Both the position numbers and the translations under genes were made by a program. This document shows positions 28,808 through 39,353 of a stretch of 64,000 nucleotides of DNA, piece by piece (the first letter of the stretch is position 1; each line of letters begins with the position of its first letter). Source of the stretch: a virus (taxonomy: Duplodnaviria > Caudoviricetes); the IMG/VR virus record IMGVR_UViG_3300037067_017690, positions 32,001 to 96,000 of that record; one strand, 5' to 3'. The notes under the pieces were generated by a model. That model worked only from the letters and a program-made list of their open reading frames with translations, searched no databases and was not told where the DNA came from.

Positions 28808-29411
28808 CTTTAATTTCTCGAAGATTATCTTCTGTTTTTTTAATCTTGTTTTTATAAGATCTTTTTCCATATAATTTCATTGAAAAATAATGAACAATTG
28901 AAATAAGATCTTCAGCAAATTCTTGTTGTTCTGTTTTATTTTCACTTTTATCTAAAATGATTATTTCAGAATTATTTTCTCTTGCCAATTTTTCAAAAAA
29001 TTCAAATCCAAATCTTACTAACCGATCTTTATAGAAGATAATCAATTTTTCTATAGAATTTGTAAGAAAATATTTAATTAATTTTTGAAGACCTTGTCTG
29101 TTATAATTTAATGCAGAACCAAATTCAGAAATGACTTCATCAATTTGAATCCCATTTTTGAAACAAAATTCTTTGATTTTAGATTCTTGACCAATTAAAC
29201 CAGATTTTTGTTGTTTAGTAGATTCTCTGCAATAAATCACATTTAATCTTTTTGAAGTTTTGATTCCTTTGATTTTGAGTAAATGTTCATCTGTATATCT
29301 TCTATGTTTAGAATTTAATTTTATAGGAACTAATTTTTGATTTTTATCCCAATTCCTAAGAGTTTGTTTAGTAACATTTATTAATTTAGAGAATTCATTT
29401 ATTGTATACAT
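28788..29411 (-). CDS. tnpA: IS607 TnpA (MerR-type HTH + serine recombinase)
   Basis: QTLRNWD...HRRY, YCRES (catalytic Ser), KDRLVRFGFE, EDLISIV.YFS.KLYG.RS. Confidence 0.93.
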   Translation of the reverse strand: MYTINEFSKLINVTKQTLRNWDKNQKLVPIKLNSKHRRYTDEHLLKIKGIKTSKRLNVIYCRESTKQQKSGLIGQESKIKEFCFKNGIQIDEVISEFGSALNYNRQGLQKLIKYFLTNSIEKLIIFYKDRLVRFGFEFFEKLARENNSEIIILDKSENKTEQQEFAEDLISIVHYFSMKLYGKRSYKNKIKKTEDNLREIKDEIIKN

Positions 29412-29525
29412 ATAAGAATTATTATAATCCTTATATTATTTTATAATATAAATAAATATTAATGGTCATAATTTATCAGAACAGTTTGAATTAGTTAAAA
29501 TATAGTCTGGGCGTAAAATTATTAC

Positions 29526-30383
29526 ATGATAAATTATGGATTATTACCAGATAAAGAAGATCCAAGAGATTTTTTATTTTTACAAGCTCCTGTAAAAAAT
29601 AAAGAAATGCCTAATTCTATTGATTTAAGAAATTTGCAAGGTCCAATTACTGATCAAGGACATTTAGGCGCATGTACTGGTCATGCATTAGCAGGATTAA
29701 GAACTTATCTTGAACGAAAATCTCCATCATTTATTGATGGAAAAGCCGGAAAAGAAAATATTAATATTAATATTAATACATGTCCTGAAAGATCTATATG
29801 GGGAAATATTAAAAATTATGTAAATTCTTTATTTGTAAGTCGAAAAGTTGAACAATATTCTCCATTATTTATTTATTATGAAATAAGAAGAAAAGAAGGT
29901 ACTCTTGATAGAGATTCCGGTGGAACAATTAGAACTGGCATGAAAATCTTAAATAGTGTAGGAGCATGTTCGGAAAAAATTTGGCCATACAAAATTCGTA
30001 ATTTCAATATTGAACCTCCTCGGAAAGCATATAGAACTGCTCGTAAAAATCAGGTACTTAGTTATTATCGCATTACTGATGAAAATAAAATTCAACATAT
30101 GAAAATCGCATTATCAAATAAATTAGGGATTGTTGGTGGATTAATGATTCATACTAATTTTTATAATGTAAGTAGTGAAGGATTTATTAGAGATTTAAAT
30201 TCAAAAGATAGTCAAATTGGAGGGCATGCCATTTTATTTTGTGGGTTTAATGATTTATTAAAATGTTTTATTATTAGAAATAGTTGGGGAACTAATTGGG
30301 GGAAAAAAGGGTATGCGTTCATAAGTTATGATTATGTAGAAAAATATAGTGTGGATTTGTGGGTAGCTAATGAATGGGAGTGA
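29526..30383 (+). CDS. Papain-like C1A cysteine protease
   Basis: DQGHLGACTGHA, GGHAI, RNSWGTNWGKKGY. Confidence 0.9.
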   Translation: MINYGLLPDKEDPRDFLFLQAPVKNKEMPNSIDLRNLQGPITDQGHLGACTGHALAGLRTYLERKSPSFIDGKAGKENINININTCPERSIWGNIKNYVNSLFVSRKVEQYSPLFIYYEIRRKEGTLDRDSGGTIRTGMKILNSVGACSEKIWPYKIRNFNIEPPRKAYRTARKNQVLSYYRITDENKIQHMKIALSNKLGIVGGLMIHTNFYNVSSEGFIRDLNSKDSQIGGHAILFCGFNDLLKCFIIRNSWGTNWGKKGYAFISYDYVEKYSVDLWVANEWE

Positions 30384-30426
30384 AAAAAATTATTAAAAAC
30401 ACCAGTGAGTCAGGTATAGTTAATCA

Positions 30427-30801
30427 ATGGAAACAATTAGCAAAAAAGTAAAAATTTATTTTAAAATGTTTGAAAATGTTGCATCTTTAAAACAAGAGAT
30501 TAAAAATTCATTTAACATTTTTGATACAGATATTTATTTTACAAATTGTGCATTTCTGTTTACTGACAATAAAGAAGTTCTTCAAAAAATAATATTTGGT
30601 ATTTTAGATTCAATTCTCATGGATTGCAAAATTGGAAAATTAGATTTTGTAGAAGCAACTATAAATAAAGAAAAACGAGATGAAAAAGGTAATTTTATAT
30701 TTGTTGATAAAGCAAAAATAGATCTTCATTTAGTTCGTTGTTATATTGGCACTCGTGAAGATTTTATGGAAAAGTATAATCATTTAGAAAATCTAGAGTA
30801 G
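30427..30801 (+). CDS. Hypothetical protein
   Basis: ORF preceded by CAGGTATAGT at 6 nt. Confidence 0.6.
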   Translation: METISKKVKIYFKMFENVASLKQEIKNSFNIFDTDIYFTNCAFLFTDNKEVLQKIIFGILDSILMDCKIGKLDFVEATINKEKRDEKGNFIFVDKAKIDLHLVRCYIGTREDFMEKYNHLENLE

Positions 30802-30811
30802 GAGTAATTTT

Positions 30812-31870
30812 ATGTTCAATTATAAATTGGAAAATTCTGAATCATCTCAAATTTATGATTATATTGTATTCAATGATGATCTTCCATGTTTTATTATTTC
30901 TTATGACCAAGGAAAAAAAAATGCAAGATATTATGATTGGGGAAGAAATCTTATTTTTATTGAAAATAATGATGCATTTTCAATTCGCCAATTAATCAAA
31001 ATATTTAATGGAGAAAATGATGAGTTTATAAAAGAAGTTGAAAAAGAATCAAAAATCCTTCGAACTAATGAAGATTTTATTCATTACTTCTTATACAAGA
31101 AAATATTTAATCAGCCATTTGAAAAGAAATGTTCGCTGTTAGAATTATCTTCTGAAATTACAGAATTGGCTCATAAATATTTTTCAGAGATTTCTATGTT
31201 GTCTGAAGTTACATTTAAACTTGATCCTACTGGTCCATATAAAATTTTATCTAATTTGGACGAAATGGAGAAAGAAATAATTTTGGATATCGCACGAACA
31301 TTAGGGAAGGAAGATTTTAAAATACCAAATTCAGATATTGTTTTTGTTGGAACTGGAACAAAACCTTTTGTCCATTTTAAATTTCCGGGAATTAATCATT
31401 TAAATGCACTTATAGGCTTAGAAGTCTATAATAAGGATTTCAATTTATCTTTTGATTTATCTGTAAAACAAATTGAAACAGAAATAGATCCGGAAGAACT
31501 TGAAGAAAAGGAATCACCATCATCAGAAATTGTTGTTGATGAAAAATATTCAGCCACATTAGCACAAGGAATTTCAACAATTAAAATTCAACAAGATTTA
31601 AAAAATAATTACGAATTGCGTAGTTTTGTGATTATGGATATTATAGAAGAATTATCTAATGAAATAAAATTAATTGTAATGGCAAATTCGAAAGATAGTT
31701 GTATTAAATTTTTAAAAGAAGAAAAAATTCCATATACTAATATCTATGAAGTTAAAGATGTTGTGAATACTTCTGAAATTAAAGACTTCATTTCTTATCC
31801 ATTTAAATTAGTTGATTTTACAAAATTTTACGATTTTATCAAAAGATTAGAACGAACTCCAAAAATCTAA
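30812..31870 (+). CDS. Hypothetical protein
   Basis: 352-aa ORF with GGAG RBS. Confidence 0.65.
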   Translation: MFNYKLENSESSQIYDYIVFNDDLPCFIISYDQGKKNARYYDWGRNLIFIENNDAFSIRQLIKIFNGENDEFIKEVEKESKILRTNEDFIHYFLYKKIFNQPFEKKCSLLELSSEITELAHKYFSEISMLSEVTFKLDPTGPYKILSNLDEMEKEIILDIARTLGKEDFKIPNSDIVFVGTGTKPFVHFKFPGINHLNALIGLEVYNKDFNLSFDLSVKQIETEIDPEELEEKESPSSEIVVDEKYSATLAQGISTIKIQQDLKNNYELRSFVIMDIIEELSNEIKLIVMANSKDSCIKFLKEEKIPYTNIYEVKDVVNTSEIKDFISYPFKLVDFTKFYDFIKRLERTPKI

Positions 31871-31992
31871 AGAATTCTCTTTACTTACTAATTTTGAGGT
31901 ATAAATCTTTACGATTCAACTTTTAGACTCTATTTCTCTTTACAATATTATCATAATGGTGAAGTTGTTAAAAATATTGAAATAAAATAATC

Positions 31993-32021
31993 TTTACAAA
32001 TAAGAAGAAAGTATCTATCTT
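31993..32021 (+). promoter_or_regulatory. Sigma70-like early promoter TTTACA-N17-TATCTT
   Basis: Same consensus at 33646, 39748, 46751, 48025 and 49939. Confidence 0.7.
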
Positions 32022-32027
32022 ATAGTT

Positions 32028-32666
32028 ATGAACAAGGAATATAAAGCAAAATCAAAACAATTGAAAAAATTTTTCATGAGTAAATTCAATGGAATTATTC
32101 AGAAAAAAATTGTTGCAAAAGAAATTAAGAATTTTACCATCGAACAATTGAAGGAACTTCAACACAGAGAAATTCTAGAAGATACAGAAAATTATGCCAT
32201 TTTACCAGATGAAGGATTGAGTCTCTTAAAACTTTCCTTTAATAAAAATAAAATAGTTACAGAAATCATTCCGGCAATTCCACTTATTTATAAAGATGAA
32301 CCAAAAGATTTATATGATTTTTGTCATAAATATTTTTGGGAATTGCCCGATTTTTTAGCAACTGATTTTCGTGGATACGGTGAAATGCTCAGTAAGATTC
32401 GTGATTATTTTTATATAGCCAAACTTCCATTAAAAAAAGATGTGATAAAAATCATTGATGAATTAATTCGCAAATTCAAGAATGGAGAAATTGATTCATT
32501 TATAGCATTAAATCTTGATTTTGTCGCCGAAAGTATTTATTTTTCAATTGCTCCTCGTGAAGAAAAACTATATTATTTAGAAGCAGTTCATGATATGAAA
32601 CATTCATTAGGATGGGAAGATACATTAATTGTGAGAATCCCTAAAATAAAAAGGATGCCAAAATGA
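32028..32666 (+). CDS. Hypothetical early protein
   Basis: ORF directly after promoter. Confidence 0.6.
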   Translation: MNKEYKAKSKQLKKFFMSKFNGIIQKKIVAKEIKNFTIEQLKELQHREILEDTENYAILPDEGLSLLKLSFNKNKIVTEIIPAIPLIYKDEPKDLYDFCHKYFWELPDFLATDFRGYGEMLSKIRDYFYIAKLPLKKDVIKIIDELIRKFKNGEIDSFIALNLDFVAESIYFSIAPREEKLYYLEAVHDMKHSLGWEDTLIVRIPKIKRMPK

Positions 32667-33097
32667 AAATTGAAAATGTCAACAAGCTGATAAAATTTTT
32701 CGACAAAATTAATGGATTTTTAAAGAAAAAAGAAAAGAATGAATTCGCAAGATGGTTTTTGTCATGGACTCCGCTCTCAACAAAAAATGAAAATATCAAG
32801 ATAAAATTTGGCCATTTAGGACCATATTCTACTACTGAAAGACAAATTATTGAAAAGGCTTCATGTAAAAGTGTTTTGAATTTCAAATCCTTTAATGAAA
32901 TGTTGAATGATCCGGAAGCAGAAATCGCATGTTACATAGGACGTGATGATGACAAATTCATAGAAATAACGAAAGCAGAGGATTTAAAAATTGTTAAAAA
33001 ATATAGAAATAAAAAAATCAAGATTAAAACTTTTAAAGATTTTCAAAAATATTATGATATCCTAAATCTTTATTTCAATACGATAGTGGAATATTAA
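32663..33097 (+). CDS. Hypothetical protein
   Basis: ATGA-coupled ORF. Confidence 0.6.
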   Translation: MKIENVNKLIKFFDKINGFLKKKEKNEFARWFLSWTPLSTKNENIKIKFGHLGPYSTTERQIIEKASCKSVLNFKSFNEMLNDPEAEIACYIGRDDDKFIEITKAEDLKIVKKYRNKKIKIKTFKDFQKYYDILNLYFNTIVEY

Positions 33098-33127
33098 TCA
33101 AATTTCGAAATATTCAGAAAGGATCAA

Positions 33128-33328
33128 ATGGAAGTAATTTTGATAAATTCCTCAATTCATAAAAGAAACGAAGGATTAACAACCAGCATCACAATGAAAA
33201 AAGAACAAATTGTAAGAGTGATTAAAGAACATCTCCTTACTAAAATAAAAATGGAAGATGTTGATTACATTGCTCAGATACTTATTGAACATGAAAATGA
33301 AATTATCAAGTTGAGTACATTTGAATGA
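33128..33328 (+). CDS. Hypothetical protein
   Basis: ORF with AAGGA RBS. Confidence 0.5.
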   Translation: MEVILINSSIHKRNEGLTTSITMKKEQIVRVIKEHLLTKIKMEDVDYIAQILIEHENEIIKLSTFE

Positions 33329-33654
33329 ATGATGATTTTTCTGAAATACTAAATCACTTTGAAAGACTTCATAAAAGGAAATTAGAATACCAACACTTCA
33401 AGAGATGTGTTGGCCAAGAGAAAGCTAAATATCGTAAAAGCAGTGCAATGAAGGATTATTGGAAGAAAAAGAAAGAAAAAGAAAAACACGATAAAGAAGA
33501 CGAAGAAGCAGCAAGGAATTATGTTCATGAATCGTGTTATTGTCATTTGGGTAATCCACCATGCGGGTTCTGCACAGATTCAAATTATTGTGAAGATTGC
33601 GATGTTCGAACTTTAGATGATGAATGTCCAAAATGTGGAAAATTCTTTACATAG
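33325..33654 (+). CDS. Cys-rich Zn-binding hypothetical protein
   Basis: CYCHLGNPPCGFC...CEDC...CPKCG. Confidence 0.6.
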   Translation: MNDDFSEILNHFERLHKRKLEYQHFKRCVGQEKAKYRKSSAMKDYWKKKKEKEKHDKEDEEAARNYVHESCYCHLGNPPCGFCTDSNYCEDCDVRTLDDECPKCGKFFT

Positions 33655-33673
33655 AGATAGAGTGATCTATCTT
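33646..33673 (+). promoter_or_regulatory. Early promoter TTTACA-N16-TATCTT
   Basis: Consensus match upstream of RBS/ATG 33694. Confidence 0.6.
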
Positions 33674-33693
33674 ACAAAAAGGAGAATCTAAAA

Positions 33694-33852
33694 ATGAAAA
33701 AGAAACAAAAAATCATGAGTGAAGTACAGGAAGCCATTTTGTGTCTTCGAAAGAAGGGGTTGACAAGTCAGGAAATCGTAAAAGAATTCAAACTCAGTAG
33801 ACAGCAAGTTGCAGCAGTAATTGCGTGGAATACGATGAGAACTGCGGCATGA
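33694..33852 (+). CDS. Small HTH protein (not in ORF track)
   Basis: MKKKQKIMSEVQEAILCLRKKGLTSQEIVKEFKLSRQQVAAVIAW; AGGAG RBS; ATGA overlap with helicase. Confidence 0.65.
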   Translation: MKKKQKIMSEVQEAILCLRKKGLTSQEIVKEFKLSRQQVAAVIAWNTMRTAA

Positions 33853-35423
33853 AATCTTATCCTCACCAAATAGAAATATTTGAATGGTTTAAGGAATGTT
33901 TGAATCCTGCGCTAAAAAATAAGATTCTAAGATTCATTATTAATGCAATGTGCGGAGTAGGAAAAACGCACATTGCACAACTTATAATATATTATTTTTT
34001 AGTGCAAGGTAAACGAGTATTATTTTTAACATACACAAGAAATGAACTTCGCGAACAAACATATAAAAGATGCATGGAAGATGGGATTATTCCGAAAGAA
34101 TATATTGGGATTTTTAAAACTGATAAAAAAGAAATCGAAAAATTCCTAATTATTACAATACCACAAACAATTAGAAATTTCTTGTTTCCTTACAAATTTG
34201 ATCTAATCATAATTGATGAAGCTCATGAATATTTGGAAACAAAAGATAAAAAATCTGCCCAAACTTTGAAAAAGATAATTGCATTAAATTCACATAAAAA
34301 CACTGTAATTATCGGATTAACAGGCACAGCTTTCGAAATTATGTTGGAAGGAAAATTTTTTGATATTAAGAATGATCAAGTTGCTTACAAAATATATGAT
34401 TCTCTTATGGCTCTTGAAGATGGAATAATCAGCAATATTAATATAAATGCCATTTACGTAAATTTTGAATTAAAAAATGAAGCATATAAAAAAGATGGCG
34501 AATTAAGTTCGATTGGTCAAGAAGTTTTAAAAGATAAATTAATAAATGCTTTAAAAGCAAACAAATTAATTCCAACATTATCAGGGAAAACCTTGATGAT
34601 TTGTGCTAAAATATCTGACGCAGAATCATTGTCGGCTTATATAAATTCTACTTTTGGAAATGGCAAAACAATTTCATTGTGCAAGACATCAAACCAAGAT
34701 GATTTATTTGGAATTGATCTAGAATTTAAAAATCATCCAGGAATTCAATTTTTGATAGTAGTTGGGATGTGTGGAGTTGGTTGGGATTTTCCAGGATTAA
34801 TGAATGTAGTAGATTTGACATTTACAATAAATCCTAAATTGATTATTCAAAGATTTAGCCGAGCAGTAAGAAAATGTGAAGGCAAAGAACCGAATTATTA
34901 TTATGTTGCTGACGAAAGAAAGACACCATTGATGGTGCGTAATTTATTATTTCATGCATTATATTTAACGACAAAAAAGGGAATTGAAACTTATATTAAG
35001 AATAATGGAAACATTTCTGCTCCTGTATTTGGGGTAAATATGAACAAAATGATAAATCTTTCTTCTATGGAAAATTTTTATAATGAACTAGAAAAAGAAA
35101 ATAAAAAGAGAGATATCTTAGAACTCGGGGATTTCAAGAGTTACGCATTTTTAATGAATGTCGATGCAAAATCAAAAATGATTTTTCAAATGTCTTTAAA
35201 ACAATTGAAATGCCATTATAAAGAACAAAAAAAGTTTTTTGAAAAGATGTTGTCTGTATATCCAGATCAAACCATAAAAATAATAAATCAACACATTTCT
35301 CAAAAAAGAAATAATCCGAATACTTTCAAGTTACATATGGTCTTTAGAGATTGCAAGAATATTTCATCTGAAATTTGGGATATGTTTTTTAAAGGCTTTG
35401 AACCAGAAAACATGTTATTATGA
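33849..35423 (+). CDS. SF2 (DExH) helicase
   Basis: YPHQ, AMCGVGKT (Walker A), IIDEAH, GLTGT, GVGWDFP, QRFSRAVR. Confidence 0.88.
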   Translation: MKSYPHQIEIFEWFKECLNPALKNKILRFIINAMCGVGKTHIAQLIIYYFLVQGKRVLFLTYTRNELREQTYKRCMEDGIIPKEYIGIFKTDKKEIEKFLIITIPQTIRNFLFPYKFDLIIIDEAHEYLETKDKKSAQTLKKIIALNSHKNTVIIGLTGTAFEIMLEGKFFDIKNDQVAYKIYDSLMALEDGIISNININAIYVNFELKNEAYKKDGELSSIGQEVLKDKLINALKANKLIPTLSGKTLMICAKISDAESLSAYINSTFGNGKTISLCKTSNQDDLFGIDLEFKNHPGIQFLIVVGMCGVGWDFPGLMNVVDLTFTINPKLIIQRFSRAVRKCEGKEPNYYYVADERKTPLMVRNLLFHALYLTTKKGIETYIKNNGNISAPVFGVNMNKMINLSSMENFYNELEKENKKRDILELGDFKSYAFLMNVDAKSKMIFQMSLKQLKCHYKEQKKFFEKMLSVYPDQTIKIINQHISQKRNNPNTFKLHMVFRDCKNISSEIWDMFFKGFEPENMLL

Positions 35424-35905
35424 ATATCGCAGAAATATCGCAAACACAGAAATAAAAATGGAAAATTATGCTGAATGTATGGACGTTTACAAATGATAAT
35501 ATAAACTCTATCTTGTAATAAAAACACTTTTAAGATTGGATTTTTTAAAATGAACATTATGAAGAGATCAAAAAAATTCATCAAATTTCTAAAGATATTC
35601 TGAAATATTGCGAAAAGGGAAAATATAGTAATGAATTAATTCATGAATTGTTAGGCATGCGAACTATCGAAAATAAAGAAGTATGTGATTTCTTACAAGA
35701 AAATATAGAATTCGGACCATTTTGTGAAAATAAAAACACACTGTATGAAGTATATTTAGATTATTGTGATAAAAATGTGTTATCTCCTGCATCTTTTAGT
35801 CATTTTTTCAAATGTATTTATCGTTCTCATAATAGTTGCAGACCAACACAAGTGGGGACAAAAGAAAAAAGAATTAGAAAAATTTATGGTCTAAAATTGA
35901 AATGA
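35420..35905 (+). pseudogene. Disrupted gene; intact 3' part (35648..35905) resembles a primase-associated winged-helix domain
   Basis: 11-bp near-duplication at 35423 and in-frame stops upstream; FLQENI...LYEVYLDYC...FFK.I motif. Confidence 0.4.
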
Positions 35906-35953
35906 ATACCAAAGAAATACAAAGTATAGAAATGGTAGAATAGGAGTTGTGTA

Positions 35954-36379
35954 ATGATACTTAATAAAATTCGTGAATTGAATCAACTTTCTTCGAGTAT
36001 GCACAAAGTTACACTCGAAATTTTAGAATTTTTTAATCGTAGACAATTTAATGATGTGAAATCATTAGTTGAAGAATTATTAGGGAAAGAATCAAAACAA
36101 ATTCCATATAAAAATAAAATAATGCTAAAAAATGAATTAGTAAAAATTTTTGGAGATCAAATCGTATCGCTAAATTTAAACGAAATGAAAATCAAAACAA
36201 ACCAATTATTGTTATTGTATTCTGAAAAATTTCCAAATGATTACTCTTCGACGATTTTTGGAAGAAAAATGATGGCTTCATTATCTTACATACAAACAAA
36301 ATGCAATTGTTTTTTTAAAGTTGGCGGAAAGAATATTAGATATTGGACTATTTATTCATTTAATGAAAACAAAAATTAA
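35954..36379 (+). CDS. Hypothetical protein
   Basis: ORF with AGGAG RBS. Confidence 0.55.
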   Translation: MILNKIRELNQLSSSMHKVTLEILEFFNRRQFNDVKSLVEELLGKESKQIPYKNKIMLKNELVKIFGDQIVSLNLNEMKIKTNQLLLLYSEKFPNDYSSTIFGRKMMASLSYIQTKCNCFFKVGGKNIRYWTIYSFNENKN

Positions 36380-37062
36380 TAATTTAATTGATGAACTATT
36401 AGGAAATCTCACACTCGAACAATATGTTGAAGAATGTGCAAAACGAGGAATTCTTTCTAGAAATCAATATCGAAAACATTATAAAGAAATTCCAAATGCA
36501 AAACATGATCTTGGTGAAATTGAAATTCGAGAGAGTGATTTTTTTAAACTGGTCAGAAATAAATATTATCTAAGTTTAGAAGATCGATCATATAAATTAC
36601 GGAGCAAAGTTTGAAGCGAAAAATACACGATATTGGAAAGAATCATGTAAAATCGTCAAGAATAAAAGAATTCATAGAATACCATGGAAATATTTTAACA
36701 TCAATGAACTGGATTTTTTCGATGCTGTAGAAATGAAAATAATTGAAAATAAAAACAAGGAAGAAGAATTGACTGTCTCTTATAATGATAGTACATTTGT
36801 TCCTTCGTATTTTCTGAAATTTTATATTAAAGATTTAGGTCCCATTGTATCTATGGCCATAATTTATTTGATGTATTTATGCGAATATGAAATGTCTGGA
36901 ATTTCTTATGCTTCATTAGCAAACAAAATTGGAGTTCCGGAGAAAATTTTATTTGATTCTTTACATCAGAAAAATCTAGATCTATTTATTAAAAAGGATG
37001 GACAAAACTTAATGCTAAATAAAATGTTATGGAAAGAAATAAGATCGAAAACCATATTTTAA
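36363..37062 (+). pseudogene. Single gene frameshifted by a GATC duplication (36582..36589)
   Basis: Removing 4 nt joins 36363 to the 36733..37062 frame and restores an internal repeat (LTLEQY...ESDFFKLV / LSLEDH...ELDFFDAV). Confidence 0.7.
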
Positions 37063-37066
37063 ATTT

Positions 37067-37717
37067 ATGAAAAAATATCGTGATCATACAGAAGTTAAGG
37101 AATCTCAATTTTATACTTCCACAGCTAAATGCAGGATTCGAAAATCATTATTAGATTATTTTGTTGGAAATCCCAAAAATATATTTACTTTTTCCGGAAT
37201 TAAAGCTATGGATGTTTATGCATTCTCGATTAAAAATGCACATATTATTTCTATAGAAGAAAATAGGGAAATTTGGGAAGCTCAATCTCTTAAACATCGT
37301 AAAATAAATACTCAATATTTATGGTATGAATTTAAAGATTGGGTAAAACAAGGAAATCATTTTAATCCATTCGATATATATTATCTCGATTTCAACAGAA
37401 TTTGGTCTGTTGATTTTGAAAATGAAATAAATGATTTTTTTGCTTTAAATATGAAAAGAGATTCTATTATTGGTATAACAGTAGTTGCTGCAAGAGAATC
37501 TCTTGCAGAAATTGAGAAAACTCAATGTTTTCAAATGACTTGTGCTGGCAATCCAAAATCTTTTTTCGAAAATCGTGCAAATGTTATTTCTGTTACAATC
37601 CAAAATATAGCAAAAAAATGTGGAAAAACATTAAAGTTACTAAATCAAGAATCAATGAATTATATTGCTTCTAAATGTCCAATGTTGTTTATGGCTTACA
37701 AAATTGTGAAGGTATGA
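37067..37717 (+). CDS. Putative SAM-dependent methyltransferase-fold protein
   Basis: IFTFSG, IISIEEN and FDIYYLDF resemble Rossmann MTase motifs I, II and IV. Confidence 0.5.
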   Translation: MKKYRDHTEVKESQFYTSTAKCRIRKSLLDYFVGNPKNIFTFSGIKAMDVYAFSIKNAHIISIEENREIWEAQSLKHRKINTQYLWYEFKDWVKQGNHFNPFDIYYLDFNRIWSVDFENEINDFFALNMKRDSIIGITVVAARESLAEIEKTQCFQMTCAGNPKSFFENRANVISVTIQNIAKKCGKTLKLLNQESMNYIASKCPMLFMAYKIVKV

Positions 37718-37806
37718 ACCCTCCTTCAGCACAAGGCATGAAGGCTTCTTGTAATTTATTTTTATCGTTAATAGTAGTTTCGGTTTACACAGTTTAAAAT
37801 ATATTT

Positions 37807-38235
37807 ATGCACTATTATAAACCAGAACATTTTATAATTCAAGAACTATTTGATGAACAAATAATCAACATGTATGGCAATAAATGTTGGTCATTTATAG
37901 ATAGCAGACTTCTGTATTCGATAGATCAAATTAGAAATTATTTCAATAAAAAAATTACAATTAATGATTGGTTTTGGGGTGGTCAATTTAGTCAACGAGG
38001 TTTTCGCACTGATGCCAAAATGAATGCTCAAGCTCCATATTCACAACATGTATGCGGCAGAGCTGTTGATTTCGATGTTGATGGATTAAGTGCTAACGAT
38101 GTGAGATTGGCAATCATCACTAAAAAAAATACAGAACAATTTCAATATATTACCGCAATGGAAAAAGATGTAAATTGGATACATATAGATGTGCGCAATA
38201 TTTCGAATAGGATATTCCTTTTCGGCTCAAAATAA
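37807..38235 (+). CDS. Peptidase M15 (Zn D,D-peptidase / endolysin-like)
   Basis: RGFR...SQH.CGRAVDF...WIHIDVR. Confidence 0.85.
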   Translation: MHYYKPEHFIIQELFDEQIINMYGNKCWSFIDSRLLYSIDQIRNYFNKKITINDWFWGGQFSQRGFRTDAKMNAQAPYSQHVCGRAVDFDVDGLSANDVRLAIITKKNTEQFQYITAMEKDVNWIHIDVRNISNRIFLFGSK

Positions 38236-38303
38236 ATTTACATTGCGAAGACTTTTTTAGAGGTGTTTTCTTATTAATCATTTCCGAGAGTAAAATTCTT
38301 CTT

Positions 38304-39125
38304 ATGGAAGAAAATAATAAATTACGTGAAAAAATGATTGTGCTTAATCATGATATTTCAAATCCATTGCAAACTATCTTAATGAATATTGAAATTATTT
38401 TTAAAACTCTTAAAAATAGCAATATAGATAGAAATATTTTTGAAAAACTTCAATTATGTTTAGAAAAAATGATTGACGCAATTAAAGCAGTACAATTGAC
38501 AGTTCATGATGTTTTAGATATTAATCAAGAAGTAGTTCCTTACAAAAGTTTGCAAAAACTATTAGAAGAAATTGCAATTCAATATGAAGATTTATATAAT
38601 AGTGGAGTAAGATCATATGAATTTGCAGACAATACAATAAGTCAAAAAGAATTTTACGATTATAATATTGACAAAATTATACGAATCATGAATAATCTTT
38701 TATCTAATGCCACTAAATATACACCAAATGGAATGATTATTATTACTTTAGAGGAAGAAGAAAATCATTACATTATTAAGGTAAAAGATAATGGATATGG
38801 AATTCCTAAAGAAAAATTAGATAAAATATTTGATAAATCACAAATAAATTCACAATTTCAAACAATGGGGTTGGGGATTGGATTATCTATCGTAAAAGAT
38901 TTGGTAAAATCTATGAATGGAGAAATACGAATAGCTTCAACGATAGGATTAGGAACTCAAATATCTATCTTGATTCCAAAAATCCGTCAAGACGTATTGA
39001 ATTATGATCTGGAAAAATTAGAAATAATTATGGAAAATATGGTAGAATTAAATAATCAAATTATTTATAGATTATCAAATGAAAAAGAAATAAAAGAATT
39101 TGATTTAAATGAAAAACACCATTAA
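38304..39125 (+). CDS. Sensor-less histidine kinase (HisKA + HATPase_c)
   Basis: HDISNPL (H box at residue 16), NLLSNATKYT, VKDNGYGI, GLGIGLSIV. Confidence 0.9.
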   Translation: MEENNKLREKMIVLNHDISNPLQTILMNIEIIFKTLKNSNIDRNIFEKLQLCLEKMIDAIKAVQLTVHDVLDINQEVVPYKSLQKLLEEIAIQYEDLYNSGVRSYEFADNTISQKEFYDYNIDKIIRIMNNLLSNATKYTPNGMIIITLEEEENHYIIKVKDNGYGIPKEKLDKIFDKSQINSQFQTMGLGIGLSIVKDLVKSMNGEIRIASTIGLGTQISILIPKIRQDVLNYDLEKLEIIMENMVELNNQIIYRLSNEKEIKEFDLNEKHH

Positions 39126-39353
39126 AATTTATATTAGTTAGGAAAATTGTTCATAGGAGTTAAATGTGACAAGTTCCGAAAAAGATTTAAATGTTCGGAT
39201 GAAAAAGATTTTAGAATTAAAAACGATAGAAAATGTAATTTTATACAATTTATCAAGTCTATTAGAATCTCTTTCTTTTTCAACAGAACAAAATATAAAA
39301 AAAATTACTATTCTCTGTTAAATCTCAGGTATATTTCTTTAAAGGAAAAATAT

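Larger units (their letters stand above)
27517..29490 (-). mobile_element. Intact IS607-family element (tnpA serine recombinase + tnpB); ends approximate
   Basis: Overlapping tnpA/tnpB pair; tnpB-side end shared with the mini-element at 8901; tttgaa at both flanks (27522, 29485). Confidence 0.85.
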
